Positions 1-10,116 are shown, counted from the first letter of the stretch. The stretch: DNA of 64,000 nucleotides from Burkholderiaceae bacterium (GCA_040400125.1 JBBAQV010000001.1:5956-69955), one strand, 5' to 3'. Notes: generated from the sequence alone by a model not told the origin. Translations and numbers: made by a program.

Positions 1-25
1 ATGTTCATGGCTTCGATACGCTTTC

Positions 26-937
26 TTAAGATTGTTTTTTGGGCAGATCGATGCCGGGAAAGATCTTGATCACAGCACTGTCATCTTCCTTGGCATAGCC
101 AGCCGTCGAGGCTTGCATGAACATTTGATGGGCTGTGGAAGTCAGCGGTAACGGGAACTTCGTGTTGCGCGCGCAATCCAGAACCAGGCCAAGGTCTTTG
201 ACAAAGATATCAACCGCGGAAAGCGGTGTGTAGTCGGCGGCAAGAACATGGGCCATACGGTTTTCAAACATCCAGCTGTTGCCAGCACTGTGGGTGATCA
301 CCTCGTAAAGCGAAGCGGGGTCGACACCTTCGCGAATGCCAAGGGCCATGGCCTCTGCGGCGGCAGCAATGTGTACACCGGCAAGAAGCTGATTGATGAT
401 CTTGACCTTGCTGCCTGCACCGGCCTGGTCACCCAGTTTGTAAACCTTGGCGGCCATGGCGTTGAGAAATGGGTCGGCCACCGCGTAGGCCTGAGGCTTG
501 CCCGCCGTCATCATGGTGATCTCGCCTTTGGCTGCTCGGGCCGCTCCGCCAGAAATTGGCGCATCCAGGTAGCCAATGCCGAGATCGGCAAGCCGTGATT
601 CAAGCGCCATCGACCAGTTTGGGTCCACGGTGGAGCACATCACAAAGACCGAACCGGGTTTCATGCCGGCAGCGCAGCCTTGGTCACCGAAGAGCACGGA
701 TTCCGTTTGCGCGGCGTTGACCACCACCGAGATCACGACGTCGCATGCAGCGCCGAGTTCCTGCAACGAGCCGGCCACAGCGCCACCCTCCGCGGCAAAG
801 CGTTCAGCGACGTCCTTGCGGACATCAAACACGACAGGTGAAAAGCCTTGGCGGCGGAGCGACTGGGCCATGCCCAGCCCCATGGCGCCAAGACCAACGA
901 GTCCGACGCGAGCAGTTTTGGGGTTTGAAGAAGTCAT
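26..937 (-). CDS. ltnD: L-threonate dehydrogenase-like NAD(P)-dependent oxidoreductase (3-hydroxyisobutyrate dehydrogenase family)
   Basis: Rossmann GLVGLGAMG, DAPISGG and KIINQLLAGVH motifs; the C-terminal 'DYTPLSAVDIFVKDLGLV' is typical of YgbJ/LtnD. Start moved to ATG 937. Confidence 0.8.
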   Translation of the reverse strand: MTSSNPKTARVGLVGLGAMGLGMAQSLRRQGFSPVVFDVRKDVAERFAAEGGAVAGSLQELGAACDVVISVVVNAAQTESVLFGDQGCAAGMKPGSVFVMCSTVDPNWSMALESRLADLGIGYLDAPISGGAARAAKGEITMMTAGKPQAYAVADPFLNAMAAKVYKLGDQAGAGSKVKIINQLLAGVHIAAAAEAMALGIREGVDPASLYEVITHSAGNSWMFENRMAHVLAADYTPLSAVDIFVKDLGLVLDCARNTKFPLPLTSTAHQMFMQASTAGYAKEDDSAVIKIFPGIDLPKKQS

Positions 938-1064
938 GAACCGAATCTTACTGTTTCCAGCGACCCAGTTTCCCATGGTGGATACGCTGACATCGGATCT
1001 GATTGAGGCGCTCGTCGTCGTTTTTCTGAGGGCCTATGCGGGGGGCTTGAAGTAAACTTCAGGG

Positions 1065-1769
1065 ATGTCGTCTGCACGTCCCCCAGCCAAAGCCATCGTG
1101 CTTCTCAGTGGCGGTCTTGATTCCGCAACGGTCCTGGCCGAGGCGATTGCCCGCGAATTTGATGTCACCACCCTGGCCTTTGACTATGGCCAGCGCCACC
1201 GCGCCGAGATCATTGCGGCCCAAGAGATTTCCAAAGCCATGGGTGCTTCCGAACACCGGTTGGTTCAGATTGACCTGCGTGCGTTTGGTGGCTCGGCACT
1301 GACCAGTGACCTGGCCGTTCCGAAAGACCGAGACCTGGCGGTGATTGACCGCGAGATTCCGGTGACCTATGTGCCGGCCCGCAACACCATTTTTCTATCA
1401 TTCGCCCTGGCCTGTGCCGAGGCGATGGGCGCGCGAGACATCATGATTGGCATCAACGCCATGGATTACAGCGGCTACCCTGATTGCCGCCCGGAATACC
1501 TTGCTGCCTTTCAAGCCATGGCCAACCTGGCGACTCGCGAAGGCGTTGAGGGGCGTGGCATGACCTTTCATGCGCCACTGCTTAGCCTGAGCAAGGCCGA
1601 CATTATTCGCCGGGGCCTTGCCCTGGGTGTGGATTACGGCATGACCACAAGCTGCTATGACCCACTGCCCAGTGGTGCGCCATGCGGTCACTGCGACGCC
1701 TGTCAGCTCAGGGCCAAGGGGTTTGCTGAAGTGGGGGTTCCCGACCCAAGGGTGGAGCGGTTTCGCTAG
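1065..1769 (+). CDS. queC: 7-cyano-7-deazaguanine synthase
   Basis: SGGLDS PP-loop, TYVPARN, GYPDCR and a C-terminal zinc site (C..CGHCDAC). Confidence 0.95.
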   Translation: MSSARPPAKAIVLLSGGLDSATVLAEAIAREFDVTTLAFDYGQRHRAEIIAAQEISKAMGASEHRLVQIDLRAFGGSALTSDLAVPKDRDLAVIDREIPVTYVPARNTIFLSFALACAEAMGARDIMIGINAMDYSGYPDCRPEYLAAFQAMANLATREGVEGRGMTFHAPLLSLSKADIIRRGLALGVDYGMTTSCYDPLPSGAPCGHCDACQLRAKGFAEVGVPDPRVERFR

Positions 1770-1799
1770 GCCTTGGGTTGGGCGATGGCCACCAACCAA

Positions 1800-2114
1800 T
1801 CACATGGACAGCGGATTCAAAATAATATTTTCAATGCGCTCAACGATCTGTCCGTTGGCTTCGGTTTCTTTGCGGGTGGCGATCCATTTGGGGTCTGCCT
1901 GAAAGGCGTTCCATTTCGCTTCGCGGTCGGCAAGCGATTCAAATTCAAGGGTGTAATACAGCGCCGCGTTCGAGGGGCCGATCAAGGTGGTCCAGAAGTT
2001 CACATGCTTGATGCCGTATTGCTTGAAAAATTCCAGGGTGTGGCCTTTGAAACGGGCGATGAGATCAGGCAGCTTGCCGGGGCAGCAGTGATAAATGCGA
2101 AGTTCATGAATCAT
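1800..2114 (-). CDS. NIPSNAP family protein
   Basis: MIHELRIYHCCPGKL...W..F.ADPKW pattern; ATG 2114 overlaps the MFS stop codon (ATGA). Confidence 0.85.
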   Translation of the reverse strand: MIHELRIYHCCPGKLPDLIARFKGHTLEFFKQYGIKHVNFWTTLIGPSNAALYYTLEFESLADREAKWNAFQADPKWIATRKETEANGQIVERIENIILNPLSM

Positions 2115-3295
2115 GATGTCTCCTTGGTGGGTGAAGTGGATGATTGTCGTACAAACCAGATGAGGCCGATGGTCATGATGGCCATGGGAACGATGGAGCC
2201 AAGGTTCAGCCAGAACCATCCCTGGGTGGTGACCAGGGCGCCAGAGCCAAATGAGGTCATGGCCATCACAAAAAAGACGCAGAAATTCAGAATCCCTTGC
2301 ACCCGGTCTTTTTCCTCAGGCCGATAGGCTTTCAGGGAAAGCGTGGTGCTTGCCGTGAAAAGGAAATTCCAGCCCAGGCCAAGCACAAAGAGAGCGATTA
2401 GAAACTGATGAAGATCGGTGCCGGTTAGCGCCACCCCGATGCACAGAAAATTCAGGCCAATGCCTGCCGCCATGATGTTTGGCGCGCCGAAGCGTTTGAT
2501 CAGATGGCCCGTAAAAAAGCCGGGCGCGAACATGCCAATGACATGCCACTGCAAGACAAAGGCCGCGTCTTGAAACGGGTAGCCGCAGGTTTGCATGGCC
2601 AGGGGTGTGGATGCCATCAGCAGATTCATCACGCCATAACCCAGTGCCGCTCCCATGGCGGCAATAATAAAAACGGGCTGCTTCAGAATTTCGCCAAGAG
2701 GCCTGGTGGGCTTAGGGGTTGAGACAACCTCTTCCTTGGCCTTGGGGAACTGAATCATGGACATCAGCCCCGCGGCGATTAGCCCGACGACGGTTAGCGA
2801 GACATAGGAGCCCGCAAACGGCGTGGACAGCCAGTCCTTGGTGATGGCGGCAATGTTGGGCCCCAAAATGGCGCCAATCAGTCCGCCCGCCAAGACCCAA
2901 GAGACGGCCTTTTCTTTGTAGTCCGAAGACGCAAGCTCGGCAGCGGCGAACCGGTAGAGCTGGGCATTGGCTTGGTAAAAGCCGGCAATGACCGTGGCCA
3001 AGACCAGCAGAGGGAAGTTTTTGGTCGTGGCGGCAAAAAGACAGAGCAGTGAGGAAAGAATCGCCACGGCAATGCCCATTAAGAATGACGACTTGCGGCC
3101 GAAACGTTTTTGAACGCGGGCCACGGGGCTGGTGGATAGGGCGCTGCCAACGACATAGCCCATCACGGGCAGGGTGGCAAGCCATTCAAAGGGCGCCATG
3201 GAAAAGCCCACCAGGCCATTGATGGCAATGAAGGTGATGTTGTTGGTAAGGAACAGGCCCTGACAAAGGGCAAGTAAAATAAGGTTTCGTTTCAT
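2111..3295 (-). CDS. MFS transporter
   Basis: 394 aa, about 12 hydrophobic segments, 'KRFGRK' motif-A-like loop. Confidence 0.9.
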   Translation of the reverse strand: MKRNLILLALCQGLFLTNNITFIAINGLVGFSMAPFEWLATLPVMGYVVGSALSTSPVARVQKRFGRKSSFLMGIAVAILSSLLCLFAATTKNFPLLVLATVIAGFYQANAQLYRFAAAELASSDYKEKAVSWVLAGGLIGAILGPNIAAITKDWLSTPFAGSYVSLTVVGLIAAGLMSMIQFPKAKEEVVSTPKPTRPLGEILKQPVFIIAAMGAALGYGVMNLLMASTPLAMQTCGYPFQDAAFVLQWHVIGMFAPGFFTGHLIKRFGAPNIMAAGIGLNFLCIGVALTGTDLHQFLIALFVLGLGWNFLFTASTTLSLKAYRPEEKDRVQGILNFCVFFVMAMTSFGSGALVTTQGWFWLNLGSIVPMAIMTIGLIWFVRQSSTSPTKETS

Positions 3296-3361
3296 GGCGG
3301 CTCGTTGGCCTGATTATTCCACGGCCAGGCGGGCGATCTCGACACCTTCAAGGAAGCCCCT

Positions 3362-3844
3362 ATGACAACCTTAACTGACGGTCAGCGCCTGCCCCCCGAG
3401 ATTCAAACCCTTGTCCTTGAAACCACCCGTGGACCCATCACGCTGGCCGATTTCCTTGGCCATCAGCTGGTTCTTTATTTCTACCCCAAGGACGACACGC
3501 CCGGCTGCACGGTGGAAGGCCAGGACTTCTCGAAACACCATGCCGATTTTCTTGCGCTGGATACCCAGGTGGTCGGTGTTTCGCGTGACAGCCTTGCCTC
3601 GCACCAGCGATTCATCAGCAAGTACAGCCTATCCATCACCCTGATTTCAGACCCGCAAGAACTTCTCTGCAACGCCATGGGTGTGATGAAAGATAAAAAC
3701 ATGTACGGCAAAACCGTGCGCGGTATCGAGCGATCCACCTTCCTGATGGGTGCTGACGGAACACTTCGCAAGGCATGGCGCGGTGTGAAGGTGCCCGGGC
3801 ATGTGGACCAGGTCTTGGCTGAGATTAGAAACCTTTCTGCATGA
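3362..3844 (+). CDS. bcp: Peroxiredoxin BCP/PrxQ
   Basis: LYFYPKDDTPGCT peroxidatic motif, GIERSTF, and a second Cys in 'LLCNAMG'. Confidence 0.92.
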   Translation: MTTLTDGQRLPPEIQTLVLETTRGPITLADFLGHQLVLYFYPKDDTPGCTVEGQDFSKHHADFLALDTQVVGVSRDSLASHQRFISKYSLSITLISDPQELLCNAMGVMKDKNMYGKTVRGIERSTFLMGADGTLRKAWRGVKVPGHVDQVLAEIRNLSA

Positions 3845-3884
3845 GCATCTGGCCCTTGGCGCGTGATGCTGTGATGGAACTTCA

Positions 3885-4148
3885 ATGGTGATCGAAGTCT
3901 TGCGCTGGCTTGTGGATGCCGTCATTGCACTCACCCTGATCGAGGCCTTGGTGTTGTGGCTTTACCACCGAAGGTCGGGCCGTGGCCTGGCTCTTTCCGA
4001 GATTGGCCTGAATCTTTTTTCAGGGCTCTGCCTGATGTTGGCGCTTCGCGTTGCCCTGGCGGGAGACTCACTCTGGCTGGTTGCTGCGGCGCTTGCGGCC
4101 GCTGGAATTCTTCATGCTCTGGATATTCGAAGGCGTTGGCGGCGTTAA
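3885..4148 (+). CDS. Small membrane protein (about 3 TM) directly upstream of bchI
   Basis: 87 aa hydrophobic ORF with a basic C-terminus; resembles the hypothetical gene I recall preceding bchI in beta/gamma PGCs. Confidence 0.7.
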   Translation: MVIEVLRWLVDAVIALTLIEALVLWLYHRRSGRGLALSEIGLNLFSGLCLMLALRVALAGDSLWLVAAALAAAGILHALDIRRRWRR

Positions 4149-4187
4149 ACTAGGCTTATTGATTGACTAGGCAAAGGCCTTTGAACC

Positions 4188-5216
4188 ATGGCAGCAGCAT
4201 TTCCGTTTTCAGCAATTGTTGGCCAAGAAGAGATGAAACTGGCCATGTTGGTCACCACCGTCGACCCGACCATTGGCGGTGTCTTGGTCTTCGGTGACCG
4301 GGGAACCGGTAAGTCCACGGCAGTTCGCGCACTGGCTGCAATTCTTCCCAAGATGAAAGCGGTGGTCGGCTGCCCCTATGGCTGCGATCCGGACACAACT
4401 CGTTCGGTCTGCGATTTTTGCAAGACACTCAAAAAAGGCAAGGCTGTGGTGAAGACCCACCTCGTTCCGGTACCCGTGGTGGATCTGCCGCTTGGTGTCA
4501 CAGAAGATCGTGTGGTGGGCGCCCTTGATCTGGAGCGCGCGCTTGGTGACGGCGTGAAAGCCTTTGAGCCCGGCCTGTTGGCGAAGGCCAATCGAGGGTT
4601 TTTGTACATCGACGAGGTGAATCTTCTCGAAGATCACATCGTTGATCTTCTGATCGACGTTGCGGCCAGTGGTGAGAACGTGGTGGAACGGGAAGGTTTA
4701 AGCGTTCAGCATCCCGCGCGATTCGTATTGGTGGGCAGCGGCAACCCTGAAGAGGGCGAGCTTCGTCCCCAGCTTCTTGACCGGTTTGGGCTCTCGGTGG
4801 ATGTCAAAACGCCCCAAGACCTTGCCTCGAGAATTGATGTGGTGAAGCGACGAGATGCCTTTGAGCGTGACGCGGATGCGTTCATTGAACTCTGGAAAAA
4901 AGAAGACAACAAAATCCGTCGAAAAATTGCCTCGGGGCGTGAGCGACTGGAATCGACTGCACTGCCCGATTCGGTGCTTGAGAAGGCGGCCGAGCTCTGC
5001 ATGAAGCTTGGCACTGACGGCCTTCGTGGAGAGCTCACGCTGATGCGCGCTGCGCGAGCCCTGGCGGCCCTTGACGGCTCGGCCACCGTGACCGTGAATC
5101 ATCTCAGGTCGATTGCCCCCATGGCGCTGCGCCATCGCCTGCGCCGTAATCCACTGGATGACACCGCCTCAGGCACACGAGTGCAGCGGGCGATTGATGA
5201 AGTCTTTGCCGCCTGA
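4188..5216 (+). CDS. bchI: Magnesium chelatase ATPase subunit I
   Basis: FPFSAIVGQEEMK, GDRGTGKST Walker A, LYIDEVNLL, GSGNPEEGELRPQLLDRFG. Confidence 0.98.
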   Translation: MAAAFPFSAIVGQEEMKLAMLVTTVDPTIGGVLVFGDRGTGKSTAVRALAAILPKMKAVVGCPYGCDPDTTRSVCDFCKTLKKGKAVVKTHLVPVPVVDLPLGVTEDRVVGALDLERALGDGVKAFEPGLLAKANRGFLYIDEVNLLEDHIVDLLIDVAASGENVVEREGLSVQHPARFVLVGSGNPEEGELRPQLLDRFGLSVDVKTPQDLASRIDVVKRRDAFERDADAFIELWKKEDNKIRRKIASGRERLESTALPDSVLEKAAELCMKLGTDGLRGELTLMRAARALAALDGSATVTVNHLRSIAPMALRHRLRRNPLDDTASGTRVQRAIDEVFAA

Positions 5217-7059
5217 CGCCACCCACGAGACGGTTCGCGATGCGCTCATCGCGGCCCATCTTTTTGCCGCTTCTCCTGCCCCACTCGGAGGGCTTGCCAT
5301 TCGGGCGCATGCCGGCCCGGTGCGCGATGTCTATGTTGAATGGATTCGGTCACAGCTTGCCCCATCGCAGACTTTTCGCAAGCTACCGCTTTCGATTCAA
5401 GATGATCGGCTGATTGGTGGCCTTGATCTTGCGGCCACCTTGCATTCCGGTAAACCGGTTCTTCACCCCGGGCTGCTGTCTGAAATGCATGGTGGTGTTC
5501 TGGCGGTCCCAATGGCCGAGCGCATGCCGCCAGGCCTCGCTGCACGTCTGGCTTCGGCGATAGACCTTGGCCGAGTCACCATTCAACGAGACGGCATCAG
5601 TGACGAGACACCGGTGTCGTTCGGTCTTTTGCTTCTGGACGAGAGCGTCGCGGATGATGAACACCTGCCGCCAGAATTGTTGGATCGCATTGCCTTTCGG
5701 GTGGACCTAACCTCGATTCCGTTGTCGGTCATGCGTCAGGCGGTGCAAGAATTTCCGGAAATACTCAGCGATCTTGCCTTGAGCCATGCGGCTCCGGATG
5801 AAGGCCCCGTGCAGGTGATTGACGCACTTTGTTCCACTGCTCTTGCGCTTGGAATTGATTCCCTGCGAGCCTCGATGATGGCAGCTCGAGTGGCACACCG
5901 CATTGCGCTGCAGCTTGGTCGTTCGGAAGCCAGCCTGTTGGATGCCGCGCTTGCCGCGAGGCTTGTATTGTCGCCCCGTGCCACTCGGCTTCCGGTAAGT
6001 GCTGAAGCGAATCAAGACCCGGCAGATTCTGACGCGTCAAGTCCGGAGAACAACGCGGACGACGCTGCGAACGCACCTGAATCGGAGGATGTTCCCAACG
6101 ACGCAGCCTCGGACGCATCGGAAGACGCCGCCCCGCCCACCCAGCTTCCCGACGACATGGATGAATTGGTTTTGGAAGCCGCAAAGGCCGCCATTCCCGC
6201 CGGGCTTTTGTCTCAGCTGCTCGCCGACCAGGGCCGTATCGCCAAGGGCTCGAGTTCAGGAAAATCTGGCGCCTTGAAGAAAGGAGGGCACCGTGGCCGA
6301 CCCATGGGCTCCCGATCCGGCATTCCGGGGGGGCATCAGCGCCTGAGTGTGATGGACACCTTGCGTGCGGCGGCGCCATGGCAGCGCGTTCGTCAGGCGG
6401 CTAGCGCGAATCAGGCTGGCCATGTTGGCCACCATGTTTCCTTGTCGAGACTCATCATTCGCGCCGAGGATTTTCGAATCAAGCGTTTTAAAGAGCGATC
6501 AGAAACCACCACGATTTTTGCGATTGACGCTTCAGGTTCGGCCGCTTTGCATCGACTGGCTGAGGCGAAGGGCGCCATCGAATTGCTGCTGGCAGATTGT
6601 TATGTGCGTCGCGATCAGGTGGCCGTGATCGCCTTTCGCGGCCGACAGGCCGAGGTGATTCTTCCGCCTACGCGGTCCTTAGTTCGCGCCAAGCGTGGGC
6701 TCGCGGGTCTGCCAGGAGGTGGCGGCACGCCACTGTCGCTGGCCATCGACGCCTGCCGTGATCTGGCTGCGAGTGTTGTACGCAAGGGTGAAACGCCGTT
6801 GGTGGTGATGCTGACCGACGGAAAGGCGAACATCACGCGTGATGGGCAAACGGGACGAGAACTGGCGCAACAGGAAGCGCGCGAAGCGGCGCATGCCCTG
6901 GCCATGCTGGGGGTGGGTGCGATGGTGATTGACACTTCGCCTCAGTCATCGGATCTGGCGCGCGAGCTTGCGGCCGAGATGCGCGCGCGATACATGTTGC
7001 TGCCTCACGCGGCAGCAACCGAGCTTTCTCAGGCCGTTCGGACGATGTCGGTGAGGTAG
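5197..7059 (+). CDS. bchD: Magnesium chelatase subunit D
   Basis: AAA-like N-terminus, acidic/Pro-rich linker, vWA domain (DASGSAALHRLAEAKGA, GGGTPL, LTDGKAN). ATG 5197 overlaps the end of bchI. Confidence 0.96.
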   Translation: MKSLPPDATHETVRDALIAAHLFAASPAPLGGLAIRAHAGPVRDVYVEWIRSQLAPSQTFRKLPLSIQDDRLIGGLDLAATLHSGKPVLHPGLLSEMHGGVLAVPMAERMPPGLAARLASAIDLGRVTIQRDGISDETPVSFGLLLLDESVADDEHLPPELLDRIAFRVDLTSIPLSVMRQAVQEFPEILSDLALSHAAPDEGPVQVIDALCSTALALGIDSLRASMMAARVAHRIALQLGRSEASLLDAALAARLVLSPRATRLPVSAEANQDPADSDASSPENNADDAANAPESEDVPNDAASDASEDAAPPTQLPDDMDELVLEAAKAAIPAGLLSQLLADQGRIAKGSSSGKSGALKKGGHRGRPMGSRSGIPGGHQRLSVMDTLRAAAPWQRVRQAASANQAGHVGHHVSLSRLIIRAEDFRIKRFKERSETTTIFAIDASGSAALHRLAEAKGAIELLLADCYVRRDQVAVIAFRGRQAEVILPPTRSLVRAKRGLAGLPGGGGTPLSLAIDACRDLAASVVRKGETPLVVMLTDGKANITRDGQTGRELAQQEAREAAHALAMLGVGAMVIDTSPQSSDLARELAAEMRARYMLLPHAAATELSQAVRTMSVR

Positions 7060-8003
7060 GACGCGACCTTTTCAGGCTGTTCCTCGTGAAGAATGTGTCC
7101 GCCGGTCAAGGTGGTGCTCTTTGCCTGAGGAAAGCCCTTGGCAATGGCTTCCTTTAACGGTGCCATCTTCACCCAGGGGTCTTGTGCCCCAATGAGAAAG
7201 TGAATGGGCGTTTGAATTTTTGGGCCGCGATTCAAAATAGAGGGAAGGTCGGCGCCGGCCATAAAGCCCATGGCACCCTGAATATGATTCGATTGGGTGA
7301 AGAGGTAGCGGTAATGTTTGCGTTGTTCGGGCCGCACGGCAGAACCCGTGGAATCAAGCAGCTGATCAATCATTCCGGTGTTGGACGCAATAAAGGCCAG
7401 CATCCCGGTCATTGGGCTTGAGGTGGCAATGGGTGCAACGATGGGGCCAAGAAGGGTGGTGTAGATCTGTGGTGGCGGCACCAGTGAGGGATTCAGCCCA
7501 ATCAGGTTTCGCAGCTTGAATCGAATTTTTGGATCGTTCTGGTGTTGAAGGGCCCACTCGATAGCCAGTGGTGCGCCTGCGGAATGGCCAACCAGGTTCA
7601 CATCGCCTTCCAGATTTAAATCAAGGAAAAGCTGATGAAGCTGCCTAGCCATTGTTGGTAAGGTGAGTTCATCCACGCTTGCGCCAGTGGTGAAGCCATG
7701 CCCGGGAAGATCCAGCGCAAGAACACAACCGGACCCCGTCATTTTTGGAATCAGGTCGGTCCACGAGATGGTGGCGCCGCCGGTGCCATGCAAAAGAATC
7801 AGGGTCTTGTCAGAGGGTCGTGTTGAACCGAAGTGCTGAAGGTGCCAGCGCAGGTTTCCCGACGTAAAAAAGGCGCTGGCCTCACGATGGGGCCAGTCTC
7901 GGGGAAGGGCCTTGTCCGCCCCGGCCCGATCCAGCCGGGGTGATTGACCCGAAAAGTGTCTATTGCAGTTGACAGTCATAAGTGACAATATACCTATACA
8001 CAT
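7029..8003 (-). CDS. bchO: BchO alpha/beta hydrolase (Mg-chelatase accessory protein)
   Basis: DWPHREAS, LLHGTGG, DLPGHGFT, GHSAG nucleophile elbow, GHILHEE. SD-like AGGGGA before ATG 8003; alternative ATG at 7979. Confidence 0.88.
   Translation of the reverse strand: MCIGILSLMTVNCNRHFSGQSPRLDRAGADKALPRDWPHREASAFFTSGNLRWHLQHFGSTRPSDKTLILLHGTGGATISWTDLIPKMTGSGCVLALDLPGHGFTTGASVDELTLPTMARQLHQLFLDLNLEGDVNLVGHSAGAPLAIEWALQHQNDPKIRFKLRNLIGLNPSLVPPPQIYTTLLGPIVAPIATSSPMTGMLAFIASNTGMIDQLLDSTGSAVRPEQRKHYRYLFTQSNHIQGAMGFMAGADLPSILNRGPKIQTPIHFLIGAQDPWVKMAPLKEAIAKGFPQAKSTTLTGGHILHEEQPEKVASYLTDIVRTA
7957..8000. promoter_or_regulatory. Tandem PpsR/CrtJ operators upstream of crtE, lying inside the 5' end of the bchO ORF
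   Basis: TGTCTATTGCAGTTGACA (7957-7974, perfect TGT-N12-ACA), an 8-bp spacer, then TGACAATATACCTATACA (7983-8000, one mismatch). Confidence 0.88.
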
Positions 8004-8059
8004 GGTGTCCCCTGGTCCTGTTTGGGCTTCGGGGGTGACTAACCGGTAAAGGACAACTT

Positions 8060-8944
8060 ATGAGATCAGCGGAAACGGGCAGCACAATCATCGAGCAGGC
8101 GTTGGTCTCTGCGCTGGCCCTGGCCGAATCTCCAAGGGGCCCCGGAATTCTGGCGCAAGCCTACCACCACGCCGTGTTTCCGGGAGGCGCAAGAATTCGG
8201 CCAAGCCTCACGCTCTCGGTGGCCAAAGCCTGTGGCATGGACGATCCAGAGCTTTCCATCGCCGCCGCTTGCGCGCTTGAGCTTTTGCACTGCGCCTCAC
8301 TGGTTCATGACGACTTACCTTGTTTTGACAATGCAGCAACTCGCCGCGGCCAGCCATCCGTTCATGCGCGTTTTGGGGAACGTATTGCTGTGTTGACCGG
8401 TGACGGTTTAATTGTTCTCGCCTTTCAGGTGCTCGCCAGCGCGAACGCGCGTCATCCCGAGCGCGTGGCCAAGGTCATGGCCGTGATTGCGGAGGCGACA
8501 GGCTCGCCCAATGGCATCGTTGCTGGGCAGGCTTGGGAATGTGAACCTCGCGCTGATCTTCGTGAATACCAACGGGCGAAAACAGGAGCGCTATTTGCCG
8601 CGGCCACCGCCTGTGGCGCCATCACCAGTGGAGCCGCCGCTGCATCATGGAGACCTCTTGGTGAATGGCTGGGCGAGGCCTATCAGGTGGCCGATGACAT
8701 CCGCGATGTCATTGGCGACCCGAATCTTCTGGGTAAGCCCGTCGGGCAGGACCTTGCGAATGATCGCCAAAGCTCGACCCGGGAACTTGGTCTTTTTGGC
8801 GCCATTCAAAACTTCGATTTATTGGTAGGGAAGGCCATTCGCGCGATTCCCTCATGCCCCGGTGCACCCGACCTCCGTGCCCTAGTGCTGGCCGAGTCCG
8901 AACGACTCGTTCCGCGTGACGCCCTTGAGCGTATTCCTGCTTAG
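8060..8944 (+). CDS. crtE: Geranylgeranyl diphosphate synthase
   Basis: FPGGARIRP, LVHDDLPCFD (FARM), YQVADD (SARM), GKPVGQD. Confidence 0.96.
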   Translation: MRSAETGSTIIEQALVSALALAESPRGPGILAQAYHHAVFPGGARIRPSLTLSVAKACGMDDPELSIAAACALELLHCASLVHDDLPCFDNAATRRGQPSVHARFGERIAVLTGDGLIVLAFQVLASANARHPERVAKVMAVIAEATGSPNGIVAGQAWECEPRADLREYQRAKTGALFAAATACGAITSGAAAASWRPLGEWLGEAYQVADDIRDVIGDPNLLGKPVGQDLANDRQSSTRELGLFGAIQNFDLLVGKAIRAIPSCPGAPDLRALVLAESERLVPRDALERIPA

Positions 8945-8953
8945 AAGCGCGTT

Positions 8954-10066
8954 GTGTCGTTAAAGAACCAATGGCTCGCCTGGCGAGATCGACTGCTGGC
9001 GAGCGAAGCCTTTCATCGTTTCGCCGCATGGTTTCCACTAACGCGCCCGATTGCACGCCGTGAGGCCAAGGCACTCTTTGACCTTGTTGCGGGTTTCGTT
9101 TATTCACAGATTCTCTATGCCTGCGTCAAGCTGAATCTGTTCAAGATCCTCTCGGCTGGGCCAAAGACCACAGTCGAACTCGCTACACAAATGGCCATGA
9201 CCGAGGAGGCCGCACAACGTTTGTTGGCCGCTGCCGAGCCCCTGCGGCTCGTCGAGCAGAGAGCGCCTGGCGTGTGGGGCTTGGGAATGTTGGGCGGTGT
9301 ACTGGTGACGAACACCGCGGTGACCGCCTTGGTGGAACATCACGCGACGCTTTATGCCGATCTGCGCGACCCAGTGGCCTTGCTTCGGGGCGAGACGGAT
9401 CCAAGCCTTGCAAGCTACTGGCCCTATGCGGATGAACATGGGCAGTCACCCACGCTACTCACTGAAGAGAAGGTGGCCGAGTATTCGCAGCTCATGAGTG
9501 CCTCTCAGCCCTTGGTGGCGGGAGAGATTCTCTCGGCCTATTCATTCAGCAAACACAAGACCCTCCTGGATGTTGGTGGGGGTCAAGGCACCTTCGTGAT
9601 GGCCGCCGCGAAAGCTTTTCCACACCTGAACCTGATGGTCTTCGACCTTCCCGCTGTGGCTTCGTTGGCGAACCAAGGTTTCGCCCGCGAGGGCTTGAGT
9701 GACCGAGCGACCGCCCACGGAGGCAGCTTCTTCGAGACGCCTCTGCCGCATGGTGCCGATGTCATCACCGTGATTCGCGTGCTCTATGACCATGATGACC
9801 ACCGGGCATTGGCGATTTTGAAAGCCGTTCGTCGCGTTCTGCCCAAGGGAGGCACCTTGATCGTGGCCGAACCCATGTCCGACACCCCTGGGGCCGAAAC
9901 CATGGGAGACGCCTATTTCGGCTTTTACCTGCTGGCCATGGGCAAGGGGAAGTCCCGAAGTGCCAACCGCCTGGCCGAACTGATGACGGAGGCTGGTTTT
10001 GACTGTCCCCGTCTAACCGAAACACGCCTGCCGCTGCAGACGCGGCTGATGATCGCCCGGGGCTGA
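8954..10066 (+). CDS. crtF: Hydroxyneurosporene/demethylspheroidene O-methyltransferase
   Basis: FPLTRPIARREAKALFDLVAGFVYSQIL N-terminus, LDVGGGQG SAM motif, DAYFGFYLLAMG. GTG start. Confidence 0.96.
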   Translation: MSLKNQWLAWRDRLLASEAFHRFAAWFPLTRPIARREAKALFDLVAGFVYSQILYACVKLNLFKILSAGPKTTVELATQMAMTEEAAQRLLAAAEPLRLVEQRAPGVWGLGMLGGVLVTNTAVTALVEHHATLYADLRDPVALLRGETDPSLASYWPYADEHGQSPTLLTEEKVAEYSQLMSASQPLVAGEILSAYSFSKHKTLLDVGGGQGTFVMAAAKAFPHLNLMVFDLPAVASLANQGFAREGLSDRATAHGGSFFETPLPHGADVITVIRVLYDHDDHRALAILKAVRRVLPKGGTLIVAEPMSDTPGAETMGDAYFGFYLLAMGKGKSRSANRLAELMTEAGFDCPRLTETRLPLQTRLMIARG

Positions 10067-10116
10067 CCCCCCATCAAAACTCCTTGACTTTGCCCGTAGA
10101 AAGCATACGATCGAGC

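Noticed and set aside
1065-1769. queC as part of a defence or DNA-modification system (Qat, Dpd, CBASS type IV)
   Set aside because: It is a canonical stand-alone QueC of normal length with no such partner genes nearby.
6000-6165. Acidic, Pro/Ala-rich low-complexity stretch in bchD
   Set aside because: This is the normal BchD linker between the AAA and vWA domains.
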